A DNA stretch of 50,184 bases from Candidatus Bathyarchaeia archaeon. Its GTDB lineage: Archaea > Thermoproteota > Bathyarchaeia > Bathyarchaeales > Bathycorpusculaceae. Within the stretch, counting starts at the first letter, position 1, and each line of letters starts with the position of its first letter. Under the pieces are notes generated by a model, which saw only the letters and a program-made list of their open reading frames with translations, was not told the origin of the DNA and made no database searches. The stretch spans positions 1-50,184 of the forward strand of contig JBEKTQ010000026.1 of assembly GCA_049515895.1 (NCBI GenBank). Direction: 5' to 3'. Shown here piece by piece: positions 19,051-28,132 of this stretch. The translations under genes and the position numbers were made by a program.

Positions 19051-20300
19051 TCATGCGTTACAAGCCTCATTCGGGGCAGCTTCTATTCCATAGGTGCCCA
19101 GCTAGGTTTAGAGTACTCAATTGCGGGCGACGCTGGGGCAAAACCTTAGCAGGAGCCAATGAGCTCATACGGCAGTTGCTTAAACACGGCCCAAATATAG
19201 TGGCGTTCGCTGTAGCGCCAACCTACTGGCATACAAAGCGCCAGTGGACCGAATTCTTCAACAACTGCCCACTCGAGTTAATAGCGCGAATTCACCGGGC
19301 AAAGAGGCAAGTTATTCTTGAGGGCAACCGCACCATCTGGTTCAAAAGTGCAGATAACCCCGACTCGCTGAGAAGCCAAGGTCTAAAAGTTCTATGGGTT
19401 GACGAGGGTGCCCAAATCGCTGAAGAAGCTTGGACTCTTGCCCTAAGACCAGCGTTGATGGATCAAAAAGGCATAGCCTTTTTCACCGGCACGCCAAGAG
19501 GGCATAACTGGTATTTTCAATTGTGGACCCGAGGACAGGATCCGTCGCAAACCGATTACAAGAGCTGGAGTTTCCCAAGCAGCAGCAACCCGTATTTGGA
19601 TCCTACAGAGATTGCTTCGTTTGCCCGTGACATGCCTGAGCTTGCTTATCGCCAAGAGGTTATGGCTGAGTTTCTTATAGACATTGGCAGCGTCTTCCGT
19701 GAAGTAGACCGCATAGTCAAAGGCACCCTTCAACCGCCCCAACCTGGCAAGCAGTATGTTATGGGCGTTGACTTGGCAAAACTCTGCGACTTCACGGTCC
19801 TAATCATCTTGGATATGGAGGGGCACCTGGTTGCTTTCGACCGCTTCAGCCAGTTAGACTGGGTTTTTCAGCGCAAACGCATAGTTCAACTATCCCAACA
19901 ATACAAAGATGCCCGCTTGCAAATTGACAGTACAGGAGTCGGCGACCCAGTCTGCGATGAACTCCAACGAGAAAACGTCAGAGTGGACCGCTACAAATTC
20001 ACCAATGCAACCAAGAAGGATCTGATTGAAAACCTGAGCATGATGATTGAGAACCAACAGATCACTATACCACAGATCCCCGAGTTAATCAACGAGCTCA
20101 AGCTATATGGCTACAAGACCTCGCCAAGCGGCAACGTGCAGTACGGAGCACCCGAAGGCTACCACGACGACTGTGTAATCGCTTTAGCATTAGCAGCATG
20201 GCAACTAAAACGCACTCCACCACCAGGCATAGGAGTCTTATTTGGGCCACCCCCGAAGCCAATCAATCCTTATAACTCGTTTGACAACCCACTGTTTTGA
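19035..20300 (+). CDS. Phage terminase large subunit
   Basis: GRRWGKT Walker A, WVDE Walker B, GTPRG, GVDLA, IDSTGVG and HDDCV nuclease motifs. Confidence 0.92.
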   Translation: MQETIVMRYKPHSGQLLFHRCPARFRVLNCGRRWGKTLAGANELIRQLLKHGPNIVAFAVAPTYWHTKRQWTEFFNNCPLELIARIHRAKRQVILEGNRTIWFKSADNPDSLRSQGLKVLWVDEGAQIAEEAWTLALRPALMDQKGIAFFTGTPRGHNWYFQLWTRGQDPSQTDYKSWSFPSSSNPYLDPTEIASFARDMPELAYRQEVMAEFLIDIGSVFREVDRIVKGTLQPPQPGKQYVMGVDLAKLCDFTVLIILDMEGHLVAFDRFSQLDWVFQRKRIVQLSQQYKDARLQIDSTGVGDPVCDELQRENVRVDRYKFTNATKKDLIENLSMMIENQQITIPQIPELINELKLYGYKTSPSGNVQYGAPEGYHDDCVIALALAAWQLKRTPPPGIGVLFGPPPKPINPYNSFDNPLF

Positions 20301-20459
20301 TAACTTCAAAGTTGCTGGTTTTTGTACGCCTGTAGCTATCTGTTTTAAGCATAATCATTGCTGGTTTCTAAATAGGTTAACTAAAATAGCCCAGCATAAC
20401 CATGATAGATAAGCCTTAAAACCTCAACCCCCATTTTAAAGCCAGAGGAAAGCACCAAA

Positions 20460-21341
20460 ATGAAGATTATCTCTGGTCCAGTGTCTAAGGAACTTGCTGA
20501 AAAGGTTTCAGCCAAAACTGGCTTTGCCAATATTCCTGTCGTGTTCAAGATTTTCCCTGATGGCGAATCATACATTCGTTTGGTGGATAGTGTGCAGGGT
20601 GAGGATGTGGCTGTTGTGCAGACGACTTGTCCGCCTGGGCAGGACGGACGGCTTTTTCAGCTAGCGTTTATGGCAGATGCGGCACGTCGGGGCGGCGCCA
20701 AAAAAGTCACGGCGGTCGTTCCCTACTTGGCGTATGCGCGGCAGGACAAGATGTTTCTGGCAGGCGAAGGCATAAGCGTGGAAACCGTTGCCCGGATGCT
20801 TGGGGCAGCTGGAGTCGACGAGCTCCTGACGGTTAACATTCACTCTGAACCCGCGCTAGCTCAGTTTCCGTTTCCGGCCAAAACAGTCAGCGCCATCCCG
20901 CTGATAGCAGAGTACTTTGTGCAGAAGGGCTGCAAAGGCGCATTTGCCCTCTCGCCTGACAAGGGCGCTATGTACATTGCTCAGCAGGCGCAGGCGGTTC
21001 TGGGCGGCGACTGCGGCCACCTAAACAAGACCCGAGACCGATACACAGGGCAAACCCTGCAAACAGCAGAGGGCTTAAACATAAAGGATCAAACCGTCAT
21101 CATATTTGACGACATCATCAGCACAGGCGGCACCATCGTTGGCGCAGCGAAGATCCTACGTGAACAAGGCGCCAAACACGTCTTCTGCGCATGCGTGCAC
21201 GGCTTACTAATCGGCGACGCAGAGAAACGGATTCTTGACGCAGGCGTCGAGGAAATCGTGGGAACGGACAGTGTGCCGGGAAACGTCAGCAAAGTTTCGT
21301 TGGCGCCGCTTCTAAGCAGAGAACTTAAGGCGCAAAACTAG
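20460..21341 (+). CDS. prs: Ribose-phosphate pyrophosphokinase
   Basis: FPDGE, PYLAYARQDK, DDIISTGGT motifs. Confidence 0.96.
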   Translation: MKIISGPVSKELAEKVSAKTGFANIPVVFKIFPDGESYIRLVDSVQGEDVAVVQTTCPPGQDGRLFQLAFMADAARRGGAKKVTAVVPYLAYARQDKMFLAGEGISVETVARMLGAAGVDELLTVNIHSEPALAQFPFPAKTVSAIPLIAEYFVQKGCKGAFALSPDKGAMYIAQQAQAVLGGDCGHLNKTRDRYTGQTLQTAEGLNIKDQTVIIFDDIISTGGTIVGAAKILREQGAKHVFCACVHGLLIGDAEKRILDAGVEEIVGTDSVPGNVSKVSLAPLLSRELKAQN

Positions 21342-22414
21342 TGGCAAAACTCTTCTTTCTCCTCTCAGGCGAAAGCCAAACTCTGCCCCCCGCGGAGGTC
21401 AAGGCAATCCTTGAGTCGGAAGGTTACAGTCAATCGAACCCAGAGGTCTTGGACCAGACCCTGCGGCTGGAAGCAGACCCCGGCTGCGTTAAGGCGGTAC
21501 ATGTACGAGCTGCTTTCACTAGACTTTGTGCCTTAGAGATTTTCGTTTCAGACGCTACCGAAGCAGCCGCAATCCATGCCGCAGGCGACTCCGACTTTGA
21601 GGCTGTACTAAAACCAGGCGAAAGCTTCTCGGTTCGAGTCAACCGAATAAAAAACTACGCTGACCAAGCCATAGACACTATGAGGTTAGAGGGCAAACTT
21701 GGCAAAGCAATACTTGCCCGGGCGCCCAAAGCCAAAGTAAATCTGAAATGCCCAGACAAAACCTTCATCGGAGTAGTCACCAACGAAAAACTCGTCTTCG
21801 GATTGAAGCTTACTGAAATCCAAACCAAAACCTTCAGCGAACGCAGACCCCGCAAGAAACCTTTTTTCCATCCGTCTGCTATGCCGTCGAAGCTTGCCCG
21901 CTGCATGGTGAACCTGGCACATGGGGAAGCTGAAGGCTTGATGCTTGACCCCTTCTGCGGGACGGGCACGTCGCTCATAGAAGCCGTGTACATCGGCTGC
22001 AGGGCTTTGGGTGCGGATGCTCAGAGACGAATGATCTTGGGTTGCAAAAGGAACCTGGCCCACTTCGACATTACTGCTGAAGGCCTCGCGTTGGCGGATG
22101 CTCGTCACCTGCCCTTCTTTAGGGTTGACTGCGTAGTTACTGACCCGCCTTATGGGCGGTCGGCAAGCACTTTGAAATCGACGACTAAGCAGCTAGTACA
22201 AGAGGTTCTGGTTGCCTCACACGGTTTGCTTGCGGCGGGACAAAGAATCTGCATAGCTCTCCCCATAAAGGTGAACGAGCAGGGGCAAGAGGAACACATG
22301 TCAAGAGACTTATCGGATTTCATCGAGAGACTCGGGTTCGAAACGATTGAATCCCACACATTGTATGTTCATCGAACCTTAACTAGAGAAATAATGGTTT
22401 ACCAAAAAACATAA
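21341..22414 (+). CDS. THUMP-domain tRNA (guanine-10) methyltransferase, Trm11/TrmG10-like
   Basis: RRPRKKPFFHP, DPFCGTG and TDPPYG motifs. Confidence 0.88.
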   Translation: MAKLFFLLSGESQTLPPAEVKAILESEGYSQSNPEVLDQTLRLEADPGCVKAVHVRAAFTRLCALEIFVSDATEAAAIHAAGDSDFEAVLKPGESFSVRVNRIKNYADQAIDTMRLEGKLGKAILARAPKAKVNLKCPDKTFIGVVTNEKLVFGLKLTEIQTKTFSERRPRKKPFFHPSAMPSKLARCMVNLAHGEAEGLMLDPFCGTGTSLIEAVYIGCRALGADAQRRMILGCKRNLAHFDITAEGLALADARHLPFFRVDCVVTDPPYGRSASTLKSTTKQLVQEVLVASHGLLAAGQRICIALPIKVNEQGQEEHMSRDLSDFIERLGFETIESHTLYVHRTLTREIMVYQKT

Positions 22415-22504
22415 CCGCCTTTCCTTGGTTCGAATCCCAGCGAACACGCCACCCTACGCATGATCTATTTTTGAGTCCCACAGAAAACAAAAGTGGAGAG
22501 CCAT

Positions 22505-22990
22505 TTAGTCTTGATGTTGATGTTGGCAAGCCAACCGTTCCGATTCTACCTTACTTATGTAGATATGCCCAATGGCAAGAACAACGGCAAATGCACCCAA
22601 AAACCATGAACTAAGAAAAACCGAAGCTGCCAGAAAATATGCAATCGGACTAACAACCATGGGCAGAGGCAAACCCATCAGAGGCGAATATAGAAGCACG
22701 TACTGTCTGCCTTTCAAGAAGAACCTCAACCATGCCACGTAGTAAATCAACAAGAATACAATCATGACTGACAGACTGATTTTCTGCAGCACAGTTTGAA
22801 CACTAGTTTGGTAGATGAAAGGAATAGCAAACACTCCAACTTGTCCAATTCGCTCAAGATATTCCATAAGTTTCATGACCGAACTTTTGGAACTCCCCTG
22901 CGATTTTGGCGATGATCTAGCGGGTAAAAACTTGAAGAAAATGAGGTTTGGCACCAAAACCAGGACAGATACCAGCCAACCAAGATACAT
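22505..22990 (-). CDS. Hypothetical multi-pass membrane protein
   Basis: Four to five hydrophobic segments. Confidence 0.75.
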   Translation of the reverse strand: MYLGWLVSVLVLVPNLIFFKFLPARSSPKSQGSSKSSVMKLMEYLERIGQVGVFAIPFIYQTSVQTVLQKISLSVMIVFLLIYYVAWLRFFLKGRQYVLLYSPLMGLPLPMVVSPIAYFLAASVFLSSWFLGAFAVVLAIGHIYISKVESERLACQHQHQD

Positions 22991-23208
22991 GAATGTCCAT
23001 TGTCAATTTTTCTTTTTAAGACTTTATGCCGACGAATGAAAAAAGAGGGGTAGGCGGGAGATATCTCCACTTGTGCCTGGGTTCAAATCCCAGCGGCCCA
23101 CTATTCGTTTGTAGTTAGGAAAAGGATTCGCTTAAATAATTAAGCGAGTCCCAGCGGGCCCGCCATCCCACAAACGAATTTATCCGTTTTCTCGCTATGA
23201 CATAAGCT

Positions 23209-23637
23209 TTAGTTTAATTTAGTTATATAATCTAAAAACTCTCTAGGTGAAAGTACCCTTGTTTTCCTGAACGTGCCAAGCTTAAGAAGATGCTTATCTC
23301 CAGAAACGACAAAAACTGCGCCAGCCGCCTCTGCACACTCCAATATTTTGTTGTCTTCAACATCTTCCTCTATAATGTTTAGTTTTACCTTAGGCTTAAC
23401 CAGTATCGATTTTTCCTTGATGGCTTCTAAGATTTCTTTTTCATTTATGTTTGCTTTTCTCAGAATTTTGGCGATTTTTGGGTATAGTAGAACTTTTGAT
23501 ATTTCCAGTATTATTTCTTCGCTGATGTAAACGGTTAAGTTTTTGTTTGCTCGCGAGAATTCGTCAGCAAGAATCTTTTGCAAAAAGATAGAAACCCAAA
23601 CATTTGTGTCAAGAACTACTTTGACTTTCGTGCCCAC
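23209..23637 (-). CDS. PIN-domain toxin (PIN_3 type)
   Basis: VVLDTNV, D.EDNKILECA, VSGDKHLL motifs. Confidence 0.9.
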   Translation of the reverse strand: MGTKVKVVLDTNVWVSIFLQKILADEFSRANKNLTVYISEEIILEISKVLLYPKIAKILRKANINEKEILEAIKEKSILVKPKVKLNIIEEDVEDNKILECAEAAGAVFVVSGDKHLLKLGTFRKTRVLSPREFLDYITKLN

Positions 23638-23879
23638 TCGACTGCCTCAGCCACAATTTTATCAATGTCGATTGATTCTTCTCGGGTTGCCTTGTCAATC
23701 TTATTTGCAATATCCTCGATAGAGACGTTCTTGGTCTTTCTAAGCAGTATGTCCCCATCGCGGGTAAGCAACAGAAGCTTCTCGCCGCCGTTTACGCCCA
23801 GTTTCTTGCGAATCTCTCGGGGAATAACTATTTGCCCTTTAGACGAAACCTTGATGACATCTTCAATTTGTTCTGTCAT
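23616..23879 (-). CDS. AbrB/MazE-family antitoxin
   Basis: KVSSKGQIVIPREIRKKLG; overlaps the PIN gene. Confidence 0.92.
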   Translation of the reverse strand: MTEQIEDVIKVSSKGQIVIPREIRKKLGVNGGEKLLLLTRDGDILLRKTKNVSIEDIANKIDKATREESIDIDKIVAEAVEWARKSK

Positions 23880-24029
23880 AAATTTCTAATACATTTTACA
23901 AGTAAATAAATTTTTACCTTCTGACAACAACATTAAGTCATTCGAAGATGCCGGTTCAAATCCCAGCGGGCCCGCCACTGGCGTTAAGTATTGTCTTTCG
24001 ACATTGGCTTGTCTGGGAAAATGCTTATC

Positions 24030-24054
24030 TGTGTACGTGTACACATACATGTAT
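24030..24054. promoter_or_regulatory. Palindromes upstream of vapB (probable autoregulatory operator)
   Basis: TGTGTAC-GT-GTACACA (24030-24045) and ATACATGTAT (24045-24054) directly before the ATG. Confidence 0.55.
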
Positions 24055-24285
24055 ATGGGCACAAAGACAATTTCAATAAAGGACGAAGCGTATCAAGCGT
24101 TGCTTCGAGAAAAAATAGACAAAGAAAGTTTCACGGAAACCATTTTGCGTTTAACAAAGTCAGGCAGAATCTCCGATTGCTTCGGAGCATGGAAAATGAC
24201 CGACCGAGAAGAAGAGACCTTCAAAGTCGAACTCGCTACGGGATGGCACCGAGTTCAAGAGAGAATTTCACATGAAATGCCTTGA
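24055..24285 (+). CDS. vapB: VapB-family antitoxin (DUF217-like)
   Basis: MGTKTISIKDEAY..L...K...ESFTETILRL; start reassigned to ATG 24055. Confidence 0.85.
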   Translation: MGTKTISIKDEAYQALLREKIDKESFTETILRLTKSGRISDCFGAWKMTDREEETFKVELATGWHRVQERISHEMP

Positions 24286-24664
24286 AACGGACTTTCTTGT
24301 CGCTACTTTGCGAGGCAAGAAAGAAGCCGAGAGAATAGTTAAAGAGCTCGACGAGGAAGGCAAAGGCGCAACCACAGCCATTAATTCCTTCGAACTTTTC
24401 TTCGGCGCTAACAGATCAGAAAGGAAAAATGAAAACGTAAAGCAGACTTCAAAACTACTAGAAAGACTCATAGTATTTCCTTTGGACTTCGCATCCTCAC
24501 GGAAAGCAGCCGACATTTCTGCGAAGTTGGCGGCAGAAGGCGAAAAAATCGATTTTAGAGACGCCATGATAGCGGCAATAGCCATAGAGAACGGTTTGAC
24601 GCTAGTCAGTCGCAACGAGGCTCACTTTAAGAGAGTAAAAGGCCTAAAATTGGAAGTTTGGTGA
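24272..24664 (+). CDS. vapC: VapC PIN-domain toxin
   Basis: CLETDFL, FEL..G, DAMIAAIA, SRN..HF. The first acidic residue is E rather than the usual D. Confidence 0.88.
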   Translation: MKCLETDFLVATLRGKKEAERIVKELDEEGKGATTAINSFELFFGANRSERKNENVKQTSKLLERLIVFPLDFASSRKAADISAKLAAEGEKIDFRDAMIAAIAIENGLTLVSRNEAHFKRVKGLKLEVW

Positions 24665-24753
24665 CATGCAGGGGAGCGCATTCAAATTCGTTTCCAAGAC
24701 ACGTGTAAAACTTTGACGAGAGAAATTGCAATGCTCGAGAAGGGCCAAACCTG

Positions 24754-25677
24754 ATGAGTATCCGCGTGGTTTTTCTGGGAACAAGCGGCAGCGTGCCAAC
24801 ACTTAAGCGGAGCTTGCCATGCGTTGTTGTGGATTGTCCGAGGCAAATGTGGATGTTTGACTGCGGAGAAAACACTCAGCGGCAAATGATGCAGGCAAAA
24901 GTAAGCTTCCACAAGAAACTAAAAGTTTTCCTGACTCACCTGCACGGAGACCACGTGCTCGGGTTGCCTGGTGTTTTGCAGACGATGGCGCTGATGGACC
25001 GGAAGGAACCCGTTCAGGTTTTTGGTCCGCCGGGAATTAAGGATTTTCTTGTCTGCACTAAAGAAACCCTTAATTTCGGCTTAACTTTCCCAGTTGAAAT
25101 CAACGAAATTCTAAGCGAAGGTACCCTGGTCGATGAAGAAGGGTACAGCCTTGTGGCTACCAAATCGAATCACGCCATAGAAGGTTATGCTTACGCTTTT
25201 ATTGAAAAACCGCGAGCGGGAAAGTTCTACCCGAAAAAAGCGCAGGCGCTCGGAATTCCAGTTGGCGAACTGTGGTCTAAGCTTCAAAGCGGACAAGAAA
25301 TAACGTTGCATGACGGTAGAGTAGTGAAGCCAAGCGACGTGATGGGTCCACTTAGAGCGGGACGCAAGATTGTTTACACAGGCGACACAAGACCCTTTGA
25401 TGGGTTCGCCAGATTCGCTGCAGACGCTGACTTGGTTATTCACGAGAGCACTTTTGACGATTCGTTGGGTGAGAAAGCTGCGTTGGATGGTCATTCAACT
25501 CCTAGTCAAGCTGCTGAAGAAGCAAAGGCGGCGGGGGCTAAGCAGTTGGTTCTAACGCACATTAGCGCTAGATACCCTGACGCGACATTATTGCTTGAGC
25601 AGGCGAAAAAGGTATTTAGGAACACTGTGGTCGCTGATGATTTTATGAATCTTGAATTACCACTCAAATCTAGCTAA
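24754..25677 (+). CDS. rnz: Ribonuclease Z
   Basis: FLGTS, DCGE.TQ, THLHGDH, YTGDT, HEST, HST, THISARY motifs. Confidence 0.96.
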   Translation: MSIRVVFLGTSGSVPTLKRSLPCVVVDCPRQMWMFDCGENTQRQMMQAKVSFHKKLKVFLTHLHGDHVLGLPGVLQTMALMDRKEPVQVFGPPGIKDFLVCTKETLNFGLTFPVEINEILSEGTLVDEEGYSLVATKSNHAIEGYAYAFIEKPRAGKFYPKKAQALGIPVGELWSKLQSGQEITLHDGRVVKPSDVMGPLRAGRKIVYTGDTRPFDGFARFAADADLVIHESTFDDSLGEKAALDGHSTPSQAAEEAKAAGAKQLVLTHISARYPDATLLLEQAKKVFRNTVVADDFMNLELPLKSS

Positions 25678-26471
25678 GCGAGAAGATGCCTTAGTTTTTG
25701 AATGCTCTCAGTCACGTCTGTTACCGACTCAATAATTATTGTCTTCTCATAACCTGTTTTGATTATGGTTTGCTTAAACCAGTCGTAGTCTATTTTTCCT
25801 TTCCCAATCCCCAAATGTTGGTCGTCTGAACCATCGTTGTCGCTTGCGTGAACATGCCCTATTTTGTCAGCCAACAAGTTAAAGAAAGGTTCTATCTGAG
25901 CTTCAAGATGTGCATGCCCGAGATCCAAGGCGATGCCGATGGGCAGGTTTGTTTCGCGGTAAAACCGCATAAATTCCTCAGGTTTATGCATCAGAAACCA
26001 GTATTTTCCCGGCAAATTCTCCAGCGCAATGTTCAAGCCGTATTCTTCCGCTGCCTTGTAGAGTTCTTGGACGCTTGCAGCGTTTTGCTTCCATTCAGCT
26101 CCCGGATAAAATTGGCTGATGCCTGTTTTTGCGCCTGGGTGAAAAACCCACACTTTGGCATTTAGTTCATTTGCGTAAGCCATTGATTGTTTAAGGCGTT
26201 TCAATGAGGCATGCAAAATGCTTGTTGATGGAGAAGCAATGTTGATGTCTGCGAAGGGTGCATGCACCGAAAATTCTAAGCTGAATTTCTTAGCTTCGTC
26301 TTTGAGAGCTACGACTCTTTTTTTGTTGAGCTCCTGCACGCCGTCATCCACGATTTCGATATAGCGTGTTTGCATTGTGCCTAAACGCTTAACCATTCGA
26401 TTGAAAGACTCGCCCAAGCAAAAAAGCATTGAAACACCAACTTTAGCCTTAGACATAACACATAACCTCAC
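25674..26471 (-). CDS. Sugar phosphate isomerase/epimerase (AP endonuclease 2 TIM barrel)
   Basis: VHAPF.DIN, LENLP, LDLGH, H.SDN.G..D.H motifs. Confidence 0.88.
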   Translation of the reverse strand: MRLCVMSKAKVGVSMLFCLGESFNRMVKRLGTMQTRYIEIVDDGVQELNKKRVVALKDEAKKFSLEFSVHAPFADINIASPSTSILHASLKRLKQSMAYANELNAKVWVFHPGAKTGISQFYPGAEWKQNAASVQELYKAAEEYGLNIALENLPGKYWFLMHKPEEFMRFYRETNLPIGIALDLGHAHLEAQIEPFFNLLADKIGHVHASDNDGSDDQHLGIGKGKIDYDWFKQTIIKTGYEKTIIIESVTDVTESIQKLRHLLA

Positions 26472-26545
26472 ATATCGAAAGGATAATTGTTGGTTAACAG
26501 ACAGAATCGCTTAAAAACTTAGCCTATGCAATCGGTGAAAAAGTC

Positions 26546-27064
26546 TCAGGGAAATAGTTGTCTACCCCATCTATACTGAGGTCCGTGGGTTTTAGTTCGG
26601 GTGGTTTTGTTCTGTACGTTCCTCAAGCCGAGGGCTATTTCTGCGAACTCTCTGATTGTTGTATGTTGGAAGTCCCATGTCGGAGTCCCGAAGCGTAAGC
26701 CGCAGCACATGTCGTCGCCGTAAATGTAGAAACGGAAGCCACGGTAGTCGTAGGTCGCCTGCTTTGCTTCGCCGTATTTCGGTTCTGTGAGAACTTTAAA
26801 GGGCCATATTTTGCATGCATCAGGTTTCATGTTTTGCAATCCGCAAAAGTAGTTGTTTGCATCGTTGCAGAGGAACGTGCATGAGCCGTCGCCTGCCCGT
26901 TTGATGTAAAAACGGTCTATGCCTGTAATGGTGGTTTCAACGCCGAAAGTTTTCGTGAGCCGTAGCCATTCCGGGAAATTTAAGGCTACGCTGTAAAGTT
27001 TGCAACAGTAGCCGCATGCTTTGCAATGCCAGTCAGCTATATTTTGCCATGGAATAAACTGCAT
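26546..27064 (-). CDS. YkgJ-family cysteine cluster protein
   Basis: C..CG.CC, C.FL, KP.AC.IWPF motifs. Confidence 0.85.
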   Translation of the reverse strand: MQFIPWQNIADWHCKACGYCCKLYSVALNFPEWLRLTKTFGVETTITGIDRFYIKRAGDGSCTFLCNDANNYFCGLQNMKPDACKIWPFKVLTEPKYGEAKQATYDYRGFRFYIYGDDMCCGLRFGTPTWDFQHTTIREFAEIALGLRNVQNKTTRTKTHGPQYRWGRQLFP

Positions 27065-27151
27065 TTGTAGGTTACGCTCACGGAAAGGTCAAGAAATAAA
27101 GGAAGACTAAAAATGTTTTCCCAGCAAAAAACTTGTATTTTTCCAATAAAG

Positions 27152-27628
27152 TTAAGGTTTTCGGTAGAGATAGATTGTGTGTGACGGGTAGCCGAGCTGT
27201 GGGTTTTCGCAGAAGTTCTCGACTTTCTCTGGATGCCAACCGATGATTTCGTAGTCATGCGACACGACGCGTGCGCCTTTTTTTAGGTCGCTGTCAAGTT
27301 TCGGTCTGATCTTCTCGTTCGCGCTAGTTGTCAAGTACAGGTAGACCACGTCGGCTTCAGTTAGGTTAACGTTGAACATGTCACTGTTCACGATAGTAAC
27401 CCTATCTTCAAGCCCGTTTTCGTGGATTGTTCCCATTGCTTTCTTCGCCAAATCCTCGCGAAGTTCGACACCGACGCCGCGGGCACCGTAGATTTTAGCA
27501 GCCATTATTACGGTTCTGCCGTCTCCCGAGCCAAGATCGAAAATTACTTCGCCAGCCCTCAAACCAGATAGCTTCAGCATGTATTCTACCACGGTGTTTG
27601 GGCTTGGAACAAAGGGTGCGATAAACAT
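27152..27628 (-). CDS. Class I SAM-dependent methyltransferase
   Basis: APFVPSP, DLGSGDGR, VVSHDY motifs. Confidence 0.9.
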   Translation of the reverse strand: MFIAPFVPSPNTVVEYMLKLSGLRAGEVIFDLGSGDGRTVIMAAKIYGARGVGVELREDLAKKAMGTIHENGLEDRVTIVNSDMFNVNLTEADVVYLYLTTSANEKIRPKLDSDLKKGARVVSHDYEIIGWHPEKVENFCENPQLGYPSHTIYLYRKP

Positions 27629-27654
27629 GATTTCACCTGTTTAACAAATTGCCT

Positions 27655-27981
27655 CTATGCCACGTAACCATCTTTTTTCGGAAGTGGTCTTCTTGCTTCG
27701 CCGCATTTAACGCAGCTTTGAGCGCATAGGTCAAGGTATTTTTCTTCGTCTGCGGAGTCGACTGCGCTGGCTGCTTTCATACACAGTTCGCTTGGTTCGC
27801 TGCAACCTTCTGTTTTGCATAGAGTTGAAATGTAGTTGCAGACTTCCTGTACGTCTTTGGGTTCCAAGACAGCCCTGTTGGTGCGGACAAGCAGGCAAAG
27901 CTCTCTTGCCATTACACAGGTTTTCACGTATTTGATGCGTTCGAGAACTTCGTTGCGTAAATTCCGACGGCTTATTTCCAC
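27655..27981 (-). CDS. Hypothetical Cys-rich protein
   Basis: Clean ORF co-oriented with its neighbours; multiple cysteines. Confidence 0.7.
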   Translation of the reverse strand: MEISRRNLRNEVLERIKYVKTCVMARELCLLVRTNRAVLEPKDVQEVCNYISTLCKTEGCSEPSELCMKAASAVDSADEEKYLDLCAQSCVKCGEARRPLPKKDGYVA

Positions 27982-28132
27982 GTTTCTTTTTCTCCTACTG
28001 GTATAGTAAGCAGATAGGCAAAATTAAGCGGTTCTTGACTTAAAAAGTTAATGTTACTAAAAGTTCTTGATTCGAAATTGATTTTCCAACAGAATTCTGT
28101 GGTGTATTAACGAAAAGAAACGGGATAACTCT

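Larger units (their letters stand above)
22424..23977 (+). repeat. Four direct repeats of a tRNA 3' end (T-arm, acceptor strand, CCA) at 22424-22451, 23076-23103, 23145-23165, 23953-23977
   Basis: Consensus CTGGGTTCAAATCCCAGCGGGCCCGCCA; no D or anticodon arm upstream of any copy. Confidence 0.85.

Noticed and set aside
22424-23977. Intact or split tRNA genes
   Set aside because: Only T-arm and 3' acceptor strand are present; no D or anticodon arms and no complementary leader seen.
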